In this document: piece by piece, positions 1 to 14,228 of the stretch
Layout of the letters: each line of letters begins with the position of its first letter
How positions within the stretch are numbered: the stretch's first letter is position 1
NCBI GenBank assembly: GCA_012295275.1
Contig: CM022679.1
Coordinates: forward strand, 13,640,001-13,704,000
Source: Chrysomallon squamiferum
Taxonomy: Eukaryota > Animalia > Mollusca
Length of the DNA stretch: 64,000 bases
Direction: 5' to 3'
Notes under the pieces: generated by a model
Seen by the model: only the letters and a program-made list of their open reading frames with translations
What the model was told of the DNA's origin: nothing
Databases searched by the model: none
Translations under genes and position numbers: made by a program

Positions 1-1102
1 CAATGTGTAGGGTAGCGTTTAGCGCTTAACCCTTTCACTCCTAGACTTTAAGCATGATAAAGATATCAAAGTTCGCTTAACATTTTATTTAGTTTACTTT
101 TAAATGGGCTGGGTACCGACGAGACAAATTTAATGTTCAGTGAACAGATTACTTATTGTCCTTATTTCACTGTCATGGATTATGAGACATTACGCACTAT
201 TAAAAAAATCAATTACATCAGACAAACACACCTTAAACAAAACCATAACAATAAATAAACAAATTAATTCACTTACAGATTGACTGGTTGAACAGCTGAT
301 TGAACTACCGATGGATCTGCTGATTGACGAATTAATTGACCAGCTGATTAAATTAATCAAAAAAAAAAAATAATAATAATAATAATAACAATAATAAAAA
401 ATTAATAATAAAAAAAACCTACTTTCAGACTAAAGGACCTGATACTAACCAGGTTATCGGATCTTAACAACTTTCTTATTCTTATTCTTTTCAGGTGTAC
501 AGCTAAACTTATCGTTTCAGGCTTGAAAAAGAGGAAATAAAAATTAAACAACGTAACATAGGTCAAATGAAAGTTTGCCTACACTTGTAGATACATTCAG
601 CGCAAATTGACTACTACTGTCTTTAATTACTGATGTTGTTCACGTGTATGTAATATTTTTTGAAACTGCCCAAAATTAAAAATTAAAGAAATTTGGGATA
701 TGTTGGATGATAAAGAAACAGCCAGCAATGAGATGAAAATGTCAAGAGCGCCCAAGAACTGAACAGCAAATAGGACCTGACCGTCACGAATCTCGTTATG
801 AAAAGAACAAACTGGACGAAAACAACAATATCGAGTTCGTTACGATTCCATCTGCTCGACTCTCTCTTTTGTCCTTTCTCTTTCCTTCCCCAAACACTTT
901 TCTGCGACACACACGCCCTCTGGCCTGTCAGAAAGCGGGGCTGTCGTAGGCGTCCTTCACAACAGCTTGCTCTGATTAGCACGTTAATTGTTTTTCAGTC
1001 TGTAATTAAGCAGAGAAGGAGAAGGCCAACACGAGAGCACAGTCAGGCGGGGAAACCAATGTTTCTGAAATTACATTGTCTTCACGGACGACTATGCTAA
1101 GC

Positions 1103-1422
1103 AATTGTCTATACTTATTTTGATAGGGTGTAACGTGCAGTTAACCTGTGTCAACAACATTTACTATACCTAAAATTTTAATTGTCTATTCTTATTTTGG
1201 TAGGGTTTAATGTGCAGTTAACCTGTGTCAACAACATTTACTATACCTAAAATTTTAATTGTCTATTCTTATTTTGGTAGGGTTTAATGTGCAGTTAACC
1301 TGTGTCAACAACATTTACTATACCTAAAATTTTAATTGTTTATTCTTATTTTGGTAGGGTGTAATGTGCAGTTAACCTGTGTCAACAACATTTATTATAC
1401 CTAAAATTTTAATTGTTTATTC
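1103..1422 (+). repeat. 77-bp minisatellite, 4 copies
   Basis: aattgtctattcttattttggtaggg...tatacctaaaatttt at 1103, 1180, 1257, 1334; single copy in U2 (~16728) and U5 (~54872). Confidence 0.9.
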
Positions 1423-1919
1423 TGTCCTCCGTGTAGATTCTTATTTTATCTTTGTTCCCCGTATGGCCTTACTTGTGTTATTAAACAAAATTACTTAAAT
1501 ATATGTTGTATTGATTACATAGAGTATTATTATTAAGTCACCTCTAGATTATAATTAAATAATTAACTTGTATCTTAACTGGTGTTGTGTTTATTTCTCT
1601 TGTGGATAGATAGACTTATTGATTTATATAGACTGCTGTCAAATTAGCGTTTAAATTCCTTGTTAAGTGGCCATTAAAGAACCTTGTTACCCTTAATGTA
1701 ACATCTAAGATGTTTAATGTTTTATATACATACATAAATATTTACATACATATATACATACATACATATTTATTTTTTGTTTCTGTGAATGTTTTATATA
1801 GTCTAAGCTTCTTAAAATATATGCAGATAATTATAGTTGTTTTTAAATTTTATTATTATTTCATGTATATATATAGATATAAAGTTACGAGTCAAGTCTT
1901 AATATTTGTGACATTTTCT

Positions 1920-2007
1920 ATATTTTCGAAAGAAATTTAAAAAAAATATTTAAAAGTAATAAAAATAAATAAATAATATTAATAATATAAAATAAAATAA
2001 AATAAAA

Positions 2008-2038
<31 letters not shown>

Positions 2039-4427
2039 ACAATGATAAAATAATAATAAAAAAATGTTTTATAAATTAAATAGTACTAAGTATATTAAAT
2101 AAATAAATTGGTCGCTTATCTTGATCTTTAATACTGTACCGTTTCTTTGTAATATCTTATTTCGTACAATGACGTATGGGGTCACCTCCCTGTGCCCGAG
2201 CCTATTGTTATATATTACTTAAGCAGTCAAGGATAGCAAATGATAAAACAGTAGGGGCTTACAGTATAGTTTATTTTCCAAAAGACCAACAATGGATTAA
2301 CATTTTACAGTCCAACAAAATGGGAGATGAAATCAGCATATTCTGTTGCAGTTTACTGACATGTGAAGAGGAGCCTTTGCTGTAGGCGTATGTCAGACTG
2401 CGGGCACAGTGAGGTTAAACCTGTAACAACACAAGTGTAAACTATTAAAGCGTACCTGTGGGTCTGATAAATGGTTTGATAACATTCTTAATACTTATAT
2501 TACTGTTTTGATAGGCGAACGGTCTTTCATAGCAAAGTTTAACAACAACAACAGCAATAATAATAATAATAATAACGATATGGCGGACTAATAGCATTTT
2601 TTTCTTGTCTTGTTGATATAACTCGTTACAAATTAACACTGGACTGAAAAAACGTAACTTGGAAGTATAAAGAATATATTTATAGTACATTTTTCTAATC
2701 ACCAAAGAGAGATTATAATTTCGATAAACTACATGTAAAGGAAATCATTAATTAATAAATTAAAAAGACAAAACAAAACAAAACAACAACAACAGAAGAA
2801 TAAGAGTAATAATATTTAAAGAAAAAAATAAATAATGGAAGTGATGATGGCAGCAGCATCAATAATAGTAGTGATAGTGATAGTGGTAGTTGTAGTAGTA
2901 GTAGTAATAGTAGTAATGAACTTCATGAACAAAACCTGAGAATTGTGAGCAAACAATTCAAATCTATCTATCTATCTATTTGTGAAAAAGCAATAGTGCA
3001 TATTATATAGGAAAATCGGTGATAATATAGTCTCTCAACCCTCCCATAAGTTTGTTAACGACATAACTATTTTCCTCGTCTAATTTCTTATCAAGCCTCT
3101 ATTTTTAGAATAGAAATAGAAAACCAAAATTTATGATGAAAAATTGAGCAGTATAGGACACGTTATTATATTCTGTTTTATAAACATATTTCTATTTTAT
3201 TTTGAATGATTTTATTATTTATTATTTATTTTATTTTATTTTATTTTATTTTATTTTATTTTATTTTAAATCATATGAAAATAGGTAATCATATGTAATC
3301 AATGTTTTCTGTCCCGTATCTGTATTTGCAGATGCAATGACTGGCTTTCTTTTCCTTCTTTCTTTCTTTCTTTCTTATTTATTTATTTATTATTTTTATT
3401 GTAACTTTTTGTAATGTTTTTAGATGTTTATTATTACTGTTGTAATTGCAATATTTTATTCATTTATATATTTTTAATTGAACAATTTTGAAATAAAACC
3501 ATCATTTGTTAACTTATTTTCGTGTACTGCATATCTTATAAAGTAATATGTCTATGTCATTATTTTATAATTAAAGCCAGAAAAAAAGAAGAAAAAAAAG
3601 GTTTCTTGAATGGTTCGTAATCTCTATATTTTATGTACTTTGTAATTAACTTCAAGTAGCAATAATAATAATAATTAAATAAAAAACATAATAATAAATA
3701 AAAAACTAAAATAAAGACTTGCAATTTCCGGTATTGATTTACTTTTAATTTGGTAAATAGAACCATTTATATCGCTTAAGCGACACGTAATTATTTTGTA
3801 TATTTTCTAAAGAAATTAAAAAAAACAAAACAAATTTAATATAATATATAAAAGTAATAAAAATAAATAAATAATATTAATAACATAAAATAAAATAAAA
3901 TAAATAAATAAATAAATAAATAAATAAACAATGATAAAATAATAATACAAAAATGTTTTATAAATTAAATAGTACTAAGTATATTAAATAAATAAATTGG
4001 TCGGTTATCACGATCTTTAATAGTGTATTGTTTCTTTGTAATCTCTTATTTCGTACAATGACGTATGGGGTCACCTCCCTGTGCCCGAACCTATTGTTAT
4101 ATATTACTTAAGCAGTCAAGGATAGCAAATGATAAAACAGTAGGGGATTACAGTATAGTTTATTTTCCAAAAGACCAACAATGGATTAACATTTTACAGT
4201 CTAACAAAATGGGAGATGAAATCAGCATATTCTGTTGCAGTTTACTAACATGTCAAGAGGAGCCATTGCTGTAGGCGTATGTCAGACTGCGGGCACAGTG
4301 AGGTTAAACCTGTAACAACACAAGTGTAAACTATTAAAGCTTACCTGTGGGTCTGATCAATGGTCTGATAAAATTCTTAATACTTATATTACTGTTTTGA
4401 TAGGCGAACGGTCTTTAATAGCAAAGT

Positions 4428-4463
<36 letters not shown>

Positions 4464-5700
4464 TATGGCGGACTAATAGCAGTTTTTTTTCTTTTGTTGA
4501 TATAACTCGATACAAATTAACACTGGACTGAAAAAACGTAACTTGGAAGTATAAAGAATATATTTATAGTACATTTTTCTAATCACCAAGGAGAGATTAT
4601 ATTTTCTATAAACTACATGTAAAGGAAATCATTAATTAATAAATTAAAAAGACAAAACAAAACAACAGAAGAAGAAGAGAAATAATATTTAAAGTAAAAA
4701 ATAAATAATGGAAGTGATGATGGCAGTAGCATCAGTAATAGTAGTGGTAGTTGTAGTAGTAGTAGCAATAGCAGTAATGAACTTCATCAACAAAACCTGA
4801 GAATTGTGAGCAAACAATTCAAATCTATCTATGTATGTATGTATGAATGAATGTATGTATGTATCTATTTATCTATCTATGAAAAAGCTATATTGCATCT
4901 TATACAGGTGATACTATAGTCTCTCAAGCCTGCCATAAGTTTGTTAACGACATAATTATTTTCCTCCTCTAATTTCTTATCCAGTCTCTATTTTAAAAAT
5001 AGAAATGGAAAACCAAAATTTATATCCGAAAATTGAGCGATATAGGACATATTATTATATTCTGTTTTATAAACATATTTCTATTTACTTTTGAATCATT
5101 TTATTATTTATTTTTTATTTTTATTTTTATTTAATTTAATTTTATTTCATTTTATTTTAAATCATAAGAAAATGTGTAATCATATGTAATCAATGTTACC
5201 TGTCCCGTAGCTCTATTTGCAGATGCAATTACAGGCTTTCTTTTCCTTCTTTCTTTCTTTCTTTCTTATTTATTTATTTATTTGTTATTTTTATTGTAAC
5301 GTTTTGTAATGTTTTTAGATGTTTATTATTATTATTATTGTTATTATTGCAATATTTTATCTATTTATATATTTTTAATTTAACAATTTTGATATAAAGC
5401 CATCACTTCTTAACTTATGTTCATGTACTGAATATCTTACAAAGCAAGATCGCTATGCCATTATTTTATAATTAAAACAAGAGAAAAAGGAGAGAGAGAA
5501 AAAAAGGCTTCTTGAATGCTTCGTAATATCTTTATTTTATGTACTTTGGGATTAACTTGAAGAAGCAATAATAATAATAATTCAACTTTAAAAAATTAAT
5601 AATAATAATAAAAAATTAAAATAAAGACACATAATTTCCGGTATGGATTTACTATTAACTTGGAAATTAGAACTATTTATATCGCTTACGCGACACGTGA
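1920..5700 (+). repeat. ~1.89-kb direct tandem duplication
   Basis: Matching landmarks 1889 bp apart (2176 and 4065), colinear throughout. Confidence 0.85.
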
Positions 5701-8700
5701 TTATTTTGTCTGAATAAATCTGAACACACGTCATTTCACGCTTGGAACCTTGCCTCTACGTACTATTAAGTTATTGTTTGTTCAACTATTCGATCGCGAC
5801 AGCCTTCTCTCAATCCAATTTCCATCCAGAAAGAATACATTTTACAATTCACTCATAACTATACCGAACCTAGCCTACATTTTTCTACTGTTCCTTTTTC
5901 TCAACATATACCGTATGAAATTTGTTTAATTCATTTTTGTCTGTATATCGTTCTTAGATTATTATATTACCGTATTAAATAGATGTTATGTGTTCTAAAA
6001 TTTAATGGTTTGGTAAATTTGAGGGTTAATATTTAGATTCGCGACTTCCCAAACTTTTGTATTAACTCTATTGCTCTATGAAATAGAGTGTCACATGTAA
6101 ATTATTAAAAATATTGTATGGAATTAATTACCTGCATACTGTCTGTATAATGTGTCTACGAATTATGAACGTTCTGGGAATATCTGAGGTAAATAATGAC
6201 ACGGCAAAATAACGTTTTCTATATTTTCGAAAGAAATTAAAAGAGTAATAATAAAATACAAAATAAAAAATAAATAAAAATAAAAATAAAAATAAAATAA
6301 AGACATAATTTCCGGTATGGATTTACTTTTAATTTGGAAAATAGAACTATTTATATCGCTTACGCAACACGTCATTATTTTGTCTGAATAAAGCTGAACA
6401 CACGTCATTTTCCGCTTGAAACCTTGCCACTACGCACTCTTAACTTATTCTGTGTTCAACTACACGATTGCGGCAGTCCTATATCAATCCAATTTCCATC
6501 AAGGTAAGAATACAATTTACAATTCACCTATAACTATACCCAACCTCGTCTACATTTTCATTCCTTCCTTTTTCTTAACATATATCGTATGAAATTTGTT
6601 TAATTTGTTTTTGTCTGTATATTGTTCTTATATTATTATATTACCGTATTAAATAAATTTATGTGTTCTTAATTTTAATGTTTTGGTACATTTGAGGGTT
6701 AATATTTAGATTCGCGATTTCACAGACTTTTGTATTAACTCTTTTGCTCTATGAAATCGGGTGTCACCTGTAAATTATTAAAAATATTGTATAGAATTAA
6801 TTAGCTGCATACTTTATGTAAAATCTGTCTGCGAAATATGAACGTTGTGAGAATATCTAAGGTAAATAATGACACGGCAAAATAACGTTTTCTGTATTTT
6901 CGAAAGAAATTAAAAGAGTAATAATAAAATACAAAATAATAAATAAATAAATAAATAAAAATAAAATAAAATAAAGACATATAATTTCCGGTATGGATTT
7001 ACTTTTAATTTGGAAAATAGAACTATTTATATCGCTTACGCGACACGTGATTATTTTGTCTGAATAAAGCTGAACACACGTCATTTTCCGCTTGAAACCT
7101 TGCCTCTACGTACCATTAACTTATTCTGTGTTCAACTACACGATTGTGGCAGTCCTATCTCAATCCAATTTCCATCAAGGTAAGAATACAATTTAGAATT
7201 CACCTATAACTATACCCAACCTCGTCTACATTTTCATTCCTTCCTTTTTCTTAACATATATCGTATGAAATTTGTTTAATTTGTTTTTGTCTGTATATTG
7301 TTCTTAGATTATTATATTACCGTATTAAATAGATATTATGTGTTCTAAAGTTTAATGTTTTGGTAAATTTGAAGGATAATATTTAGATTCTCGAATTCCC
7401 AGACTTTTGTATGAACTCTTTTGGTCTATGAAATCGAGTGTCACCTGTAAATTATTAAAAATATTGGTTAGAATTAATTACCTGCATACTTTCTGTAAAA
7501 TCTATCTACGAAATATGAACGTTGTGAGAATATCTAAGGTAAATAATGACACGGCAAAATAACTTTTTGGATATTTTCGAAAGAAAAAAAAAATAAAATA
7601 AAATAAAATAAAATAAAATACCCCAAAACAACAACAAAACAACAACAAATAAATAAATAAATAAAAATAAAAATAAAATAAAATAAAGACGTGCAATTTC
7701 CGGTATGGATTTACTTTTAATTTGGAAAATAGAACTATTTATATCGCTTACGCGACACGTGATTATTTTGTGTGAAAAAAGCTGAACACACGTCGTTTCC
7801 CGCTTGAAACCTTGCCTCTACGTACTATTAAGTTATTCTGTGTTCAACTATACGATCGCGGCAGACCCCTCTCAATCCAATTTATATCAAGGTAACAATT
7901 TATTTTACAATTCACTCATAACTATACCCAACGTAGTCTACATTTTTCTTCCGTTCCTTTTTCTTAACATATACCGGATGAAATTTGTTTAATTTGTTTT
8001 TGTCTGTATATTGTTCGTAGATTGTTGTATTTCCGTATTAAATAAATGTTATGTGTTCTTAAGTTTAATGTTTTGGTAAATTTGAGGGTTAATATTTAGA
8101 TAATCGATTTCCCAGACTTTTGTATTAACTCTATTGCTCTGTGAAATCGAGTTTCACCTGTAAATTATTAAAAATATTGTATAGAATTAATTATCTCCGT
8201 ACTGTCTGTATAATCTGTCTGCGAAATATGAACGTTGTGAGAATATCTAAGGTAAATAATGACACGGCAAAATAACGTTTTGTATATTTTCGAAAGAAAT
8301 TAAAAAATAATAATAATAACATACAAAAAAATACCAAATAAAAAAATAAAAATAAAAAAAAACTAAAATAAAGTAAAATAAAAACGTGCAATTTCCGGTA
8401 TGGATTGATTTTTAACTTGGAAATTCCGAACTATTTATATCACTTACTTGACACGTGATTATTTTGTCTGAATAAATCTGAACACACGTCATTTCCCGAT
8501 TGAAACCTTGCCTCTAAGTACTATTAAGTTATTCTGTGTTCAACTATACGATCGCGTCAGCCCTCTCTCAATCCAGTTTCCATCAAGGTAACAATTCATT
8601 TTACAATTCACTCATAACTATACCCAACGTAGTCTACATTTTTCTTCCGTTCCTTTTTCTTAACATATATCGTATGAAATGTGTTTAATTTGTTTTTGTC

Positions 8701-9420
8701 TTTATATTGTTGCTAGATTGTTATATTTCCGTATTAAATAAATGTTATGTGTTCTTAAGTTTAATGTTTTGGTAAATTTGAGGGTTAATATTTAGATTCG
8801 CGACATCCCAGAATTTTGTATTAACTCTTTTGCTCTATGAAATCGAATGTCACCTGTAAATTATTAAAAATATTGTATAGAATTAATTACCTGCAGACTG
8901 TCTGTATAATGTGTCTACGAAGTATGAACGTTGTGAGAGTATCTAAGGTAAATAATGACATGGCAAAATAACGTTTTGTATATTTTCGAATCAATCCAAT
9001 TTCCATTAAGATAAACAATAAAATTCAAAATTCATCAATTTACCCAACGTAGTCTACATTTTTTTCTTCCGTTCCTTTTTCCTAAATATAAAATAAAATA
9101 AATTTGTTTAATTTGTTTTTGTCTGTATATTCTTCTGTATTATAATATTTCCGTATTAAATAAATGTTATGTGTTCTTAAGTTTAATGTTTTGACAAATT
9201 TGAGGGTTAATATTTAGATTCGCGACATCCCAGAATTTTGTATTAACTCTTTTGCTCTATGAAATCGAATGTCACCTGTAAATTATTAAAAATATTGTAT
9301 AGAATTAATTACCTGCAGACTGTCTGTATAATGTGTCTACGAAATATGAACGTTGTGAGAAAATCTAAGGTAAATAATGTCATGGCAAAATAACGTTTTC
9401 TATATTTTGGAATGAAATTA
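5630..9420 (+). repeat. Tandem array of ~5.5 copies of a ~675-715-bp unit carrying the candidate leader exon
   Basis: aatttccggtatggatt recurs at ~5633, 6307, 6983, 7695, 8390, with a partial copy at ~9000-9420. Dispersed copies at ~19280, 21545, 23480, 24040, 42600, 58390, 60460, 61660. Confidence 0.9.
6416..6503 (+). other. Candidate signal-peptide (leader) exon inside the ~690-bp repeat; other donor-bearing open copies at 7092-7179, 7804-7891, 23483-23570, 61664-61751
   Basis: 88 nt; consensus (L/M)KPCLYVLLSYSVFNYTIAAVLSQSNFHQ + G|gtaag or gtaac. The phase-1 donor fits the CRD exon acceptor. The first codon is TTG/TCG in these copies and ATG only at 21630. Confidence 0.4.
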
Positions 9421-10108
9421 AAAAAATAGAATAAATAAATAAAATGAAAATAAAAATACAAATACAAATACAATTAAAAATAAATAAATTAAAAAATAAA
9501 TTAATAAATAAATAAATAAATAGTAATGATAATAATAATAATAAAAGTAATACATAAATAAATAAATTAAATAAACAATAATAAAATATGTAAATGAAAA
9601 TATGTTTCATAAATATAAATTGTAGTGAATATATTAAATAAATAAATCGTACAATGACGTATGGGGTCACCTCACTGTGCCCGAACCTATTGTTATATAT
9701 TACTTAAGCAGTCAAGGATAGCAAATGATAAAACAGTAGGGGATTACAGTATAGTTTATTTTCCAAAAGACCAACAATGTTTTACAGTCGAACAAAATGG
9801 GAGATGGAATCAGCATATTCTGTTGCAGGTTACTGCCATGTGAAGAGGAACATTTGCTGTAGGCGTATGTCAGACTGCGGGCACAGTGAGGTTAAACCTG
9901 TAACAACACAAGTGTAAACTATTAAAGTGTATCTGTGGGTCTGATAAATGGTGTGATAAAATTCTTAATACTTATATTACTGTTTTGATTGGCGTACTGT
10001 CCCTAATAGCAAAATTTAATAATAAAATTTTCACTTTCCAATTATGTTATTAAATATTTAATATACATTACAAAAATAATCTTACTTGGAAGGATTGTTA
10101 TTGAAATA

Positions 10109-10879
10109 CAGTGATACCTTCGTTCAATGACCGAGCTCGTATCTCAATTTGCTGGTATATAAAATTTATTTTCCCAACTGAAATTAATTGTTATATCATT
10201 AATCCATTCCAGTCCCCCATAAAACCATCCCGTGTTGTTTTATTTATTTATTTTTTGATTTTATTTTTTTTTATATTTTTTGATTTTTTTTTTTTTTGGT
10301 AACCTGTTTTTATATAAGAAAAATGTATTTATAAATGACAAATGTATAAAAGAAATAAAAGAGAATGAAAAGAAATAAATTAGTTTTGTAAAGTGGATTT
10401 ATCTTGGAGATCAGTAAATTATTTTAACGCCTTTGGCTGGAGTTACAGCCTTTATACATTCCTTCAGCTTCAGTATGGTACATATCGTAGAAGTACTACA
10501 CTCGTACTGCCTAGCCAAGTCGATTTATTCAATGGACATCATCCGCTTCTTTTTCTCAGCGCAGTCCACTGCACTGACTTTCTTAGGATCCATGGACAGA
10601 AAAAAGATATTTGGCGAAATACTGCAAAAAAGGCGAACACAACACAACAGAGATTTTCCGCGGCGAGGTAACCACGTGAAGTAAAGAAGTGAGACTTGGG
10701 ATGCTGGTCGGATTTATCTTGTTAGTTGCACCAACTAGCGGCGGCGTATCTGAAGCTCGCTCGTAACTCGGGTTTTGGCTCACAACTCAAAGCAAAAACC
10801 GACCGGGCAGCTGCTCGTAACTCAAAAAACTCGTATTAAAACTTGTAAGTTGGGGCACTCGTATGTCGAGGTACCGCTG
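10109..10879 (-). mobile_element. Non-autonomous Tigger/pogo element with decayed CENP-B/psq HTH transposase 5' end
   Basis: TA|CAGTGATACCT...AGGTACCGCTG|TA. The minus strand encodes a relic MDPKKVSA..AEKKRMMSIE...VDLARQYECSTSTICTILKLKE. Empty sites gaaaTAttaattt at ~18303 and ~59303. Confidence 0.9.
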
Positions 10880-11420
10880 TATTAATTTCTTTAAAGGAAA
10901 TAAAATCTGTATCACTAGATCTCTCATATTATTCCCCCCCCCTATACACCATAAGTAACACATCCTTTACAAGAACTTTGTATATATCTATGGGAAATTG
11001 ATGAAACTGAAAATATACTAAAACAGTGGATAAAGGAAAAGAGATTTCAAGTTATTATTAACTTACTGTTTTGGGCAACCTCTCTTCAGTAAAAAAACAA
11101 CATAACACAATACATCTGAACGCCGCCATTTTAACTAATCACTGTTGAGGTATCCTCACAAAAGTTATATGGTCAATAATCATACAATTTGGAAAGCAGT
11201 CAAGTTGTAAGTAAGCTGGGCACCCTGTGTGGACAGCATGTGTTCAGGTTACTTCAATTATATGGAGATGTTGCTTTTAAATAGGAGAAGGACTATGAAG
11301 GAGACATGTTTTCATATAGCAATGAGATATAAAAAAATATTCTTTTTTAACAAAATTCCAGTTGTGAAATACTGTTATCAAATTATAGAGTTTATTTAAT
11401 TAGTAGCTTTTGAGACATTT

Positions 11421-11489
<69 letters not shown>

Positions 11490-12441
11490 TGGAATGTCCA
11501 ATCATGCCATGCTGATTTTATTGTAACGGTTTGTAATTTTATTTGAGATGTTTATTATTATTATTACTGTTATTGCTATATTTTATTTATTTATCTATTG
11601 ATATAATATTTTTAATTGATCAAGTTTGATCTAAAACTACCATTTGTTAACTTATACTCATGAACTGAATATCTTACAAAATAATATGTCTATGCCATTA
11701 TTTTATAGTTAATTAGAAACGGTAAATAAAAACAAAATGATTAAAAAAAAAAAATCTTTTTGAATGGTTCGTAATGTCTTTACTTAATGTACTTTGTCAT
11801 TAATTTACAGAACTTATAAAAAGTAATATAAATAAATAAATAAATAAATAAAATATAGAAATAATAATTAACATCTATTAAAAATATATATATATATATA
11901 AAACGTAAAAAATAAAAATTATAATTTGTGATATGGATTTATTTTTAACTTAGAAATTTATATCACTTACGAGACATGTGATTCTTTTCTTTTTAGATAA
12001 ATCTGAAAATACCGTCACTACCGACATGCCTCCAGATATTATTAATTTATTCCGTCAAGATAAGAGTAAATTTTACAACTGCACCCGAAACTATACCCAA
12101 CGTAGTTTATATTTTTCTATTGTTCCTTTTTCTTAACATATATCGTATGACATTTGTTTAATTTGTTTTTGTCTGATTATTTTTCTTAGGTTATTATATT
12201 ACTGTATTATGTATGTGTTACGTGTACTAAAGTTTAATGTTTTGGTAAATTTTAGAGTTAATATTTAGATTCGCGAATTATAAAGGTTTCTAATATTTGT
12301 ATGTTTTAAAATGTTTCTAGACTACATGATACTATATTTTATAACAGTACTATAACAAAAAGTAAGGCTTATTATTATTACAGACAGAAAATAATAAATG
12401 TTTGTGTGTTTATATCTGTGTTAATGTGTGCGAGTGTATGA

Positions 12442-12491
<50 letters not shown>

Positions 12492-12635
12492 TTATGTATT
12501 TGTATATCAGGATTTACGTATGTATGTATGTATATATATATGTATTACGGCGGTTTGCTTGATAAAAATGCTAATTTTATAGTTGCGTTTATAGGTACTT
12601 GTTACAAAGTTCTGACTTTATTTCGTATCTCTCAG

Positions 12636-12806
12636 AGAATTCCGAAGACTTTTATACAACACTTTTCATAGTATGTCTAACAGCAGTAGTACTACTATCA
12701 GCGGCAGGTATAGCGTATTTCGTAATATTGTTTAAAAGCAAACATGACGTTGATATTGCGAAAAATGAAGACGAAACAAGACTAATGAAAAAAGAAAAAA
12801 TAGCAA
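12636..12806 (+). CDS. Transmembrane exon (U1), divergent paralogue
   Basis: ctctcag acceptor, A|gtgagt donor, 171 nt, open: ENSEDFYTTLFIVCLTAVVLLSAAGIAYFVILFKSKHDVDIAKNEDETRLMKKEKIA. A hydrophobic stretch followed by basic residues. Confidence 0.75.
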
Positions 12807-13847
12807 GTGAGTTCCAAGTCGTATATTTCCAGTTAACAACATTTAGAAAAAACCCATCTACACACACAGATACAAACCTCACTCCACACACACACGCACA
12901 CCAAAGACACATACGCACCCAAACAGATACACACTCACACACACACAGACAGACAAACACACACATACACCTACACAACATTGCATATGAGTCTATTTGT
13001 ATGATTTCCCATTACTCACTGTTTGCATATAAATATATTTAATGAATTTTGCTTCTTTTTTGACTGTGACAAGCATCCTTGAGACTAGCTTGATCCTATT
13101 AATATGTTAATCTTTTCATTCACTCACACATGTACACATCACTCACTGACCCATCCATTCACTTACTGGCACCTGCACACACACAAAATACTGGAAATAA
13201 TAATTATTGAATCATATTGGTCTTATTTACAAAATAACTTTTAAAGAAAGAATCTATGCTCATTTTATATAGTCAAATCTTTTTCTGATACCTTATAAAA
13301 AATCAGTCCTCATCGAAAGAAATGATGTCATCATCATTGATGCAAATAAAGGGAGAAAATTATAATACTCATCCAGTTTCGTGATAATATATTTTTACTG
13401 TCATACTTTATCATTAGTAAAGATTAGTTGTCATTTAATAAAGTAGAGGCCTACACTAAGGTCAAATTAAAGATCATTACTCTTAATCTGAACAAACAAT
13501 ATTAATTTGTGTAAAATGTTTTCGTTAATATCTTGCTGTCTCGTTGCAGTAACAGTATTAATTTTTGTTCAGTTCATAACAATTTCTGACTTATGCTATT
13601 ATGTGTATTTCAGAATAATTATGAGAATAACATTAATGCTATCTAAAATTTGTAGATGAAATGTGATTTGTACGAGATGTACAATGAAACAGTAATTTCT
13701 GAATAGTTTATTTTTATAGTTTTAACAATGTTTATTTCTTTTATTTATTTATTTATTTATTTATTTATTTTTTTTTTTCTTTTTTCTCATGGAGTTACAC
13801 AAGTGACTAATAAAAGATATGAGTATATTCAGTTTTAATATTTCTAG

Positions 13848-14228
13848 GGTACAAGATGGTGTTGCAGAACGTGTGTGCTGAATCACAGACAGAGGCAGGA
13901 GATGGAGCTGGGGACACAGATACAACAACGGGAACATCCACTGCAGCAGTGATGAAAAAGAAGAGGATGTTGATGCTAATAAACATCTCTACAGAAGAAG
14001 TTCTGGAATTGTGTTGAGTCGGGTAATAAGTGAAATAGGCCAAGAGCATCCTGTTGGACAGAATTCCAGAAACACAAAAAAGAAACACTACTGATGTGAC
14101 AGTTGCTGTTAATGATGATAATACCAAACATAGTAAGAACAAATGTTTTCAAATGGATCTGATCATCAGAACAAATGTTTTCCAAATGGATCTGATCATC
14201 ATATTGAACTGAAACCAGTCATTCTAGG
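13848..14228 (+). pseudogene. Cytoplasmic exon (U1), frameshifted and 3'-deleted
   Basis: 22-nt deletion between CAAC repeats relative to U4 (TTTGTGTCAGGCAGTTCCCAAC missing), TGA near 14015, and homology ends before the PAED codons. Confidence 0.7.

Noticed and set aside
27-45. TTAA-CCCT piggyBac-like terminus at each unit landmark, and GAGGGTTAA in the ~690-bp repeat
   Set aside because: The match is only TTAACCCT; no complementary CTAGGAGTGAAAGGG end or transposase seen, so units cannot be called piggyBac-bounded.
683-1100. ORFs MLIRASCC... (minus, three units) and MKRTNW... (plus)
   Set aside because: They recur only because the DNA is duplicated; the plus ORF has TGA in U2 and U5, and neither shows a recognisable domain.
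1103-1422. Regular repeats suggestive of a CRISPR array (also 33351-33690)
   Set aside because: Head-to-tail units with no unique spacers, in eukaryotic DNA; these are minisatellites.
2176-2385. Repeated MGSP(P/H)CART... ORF in five places
   Set aside because: Starts inside a MITE terminal inverted repeat; stops and frameshifts vary between copies.
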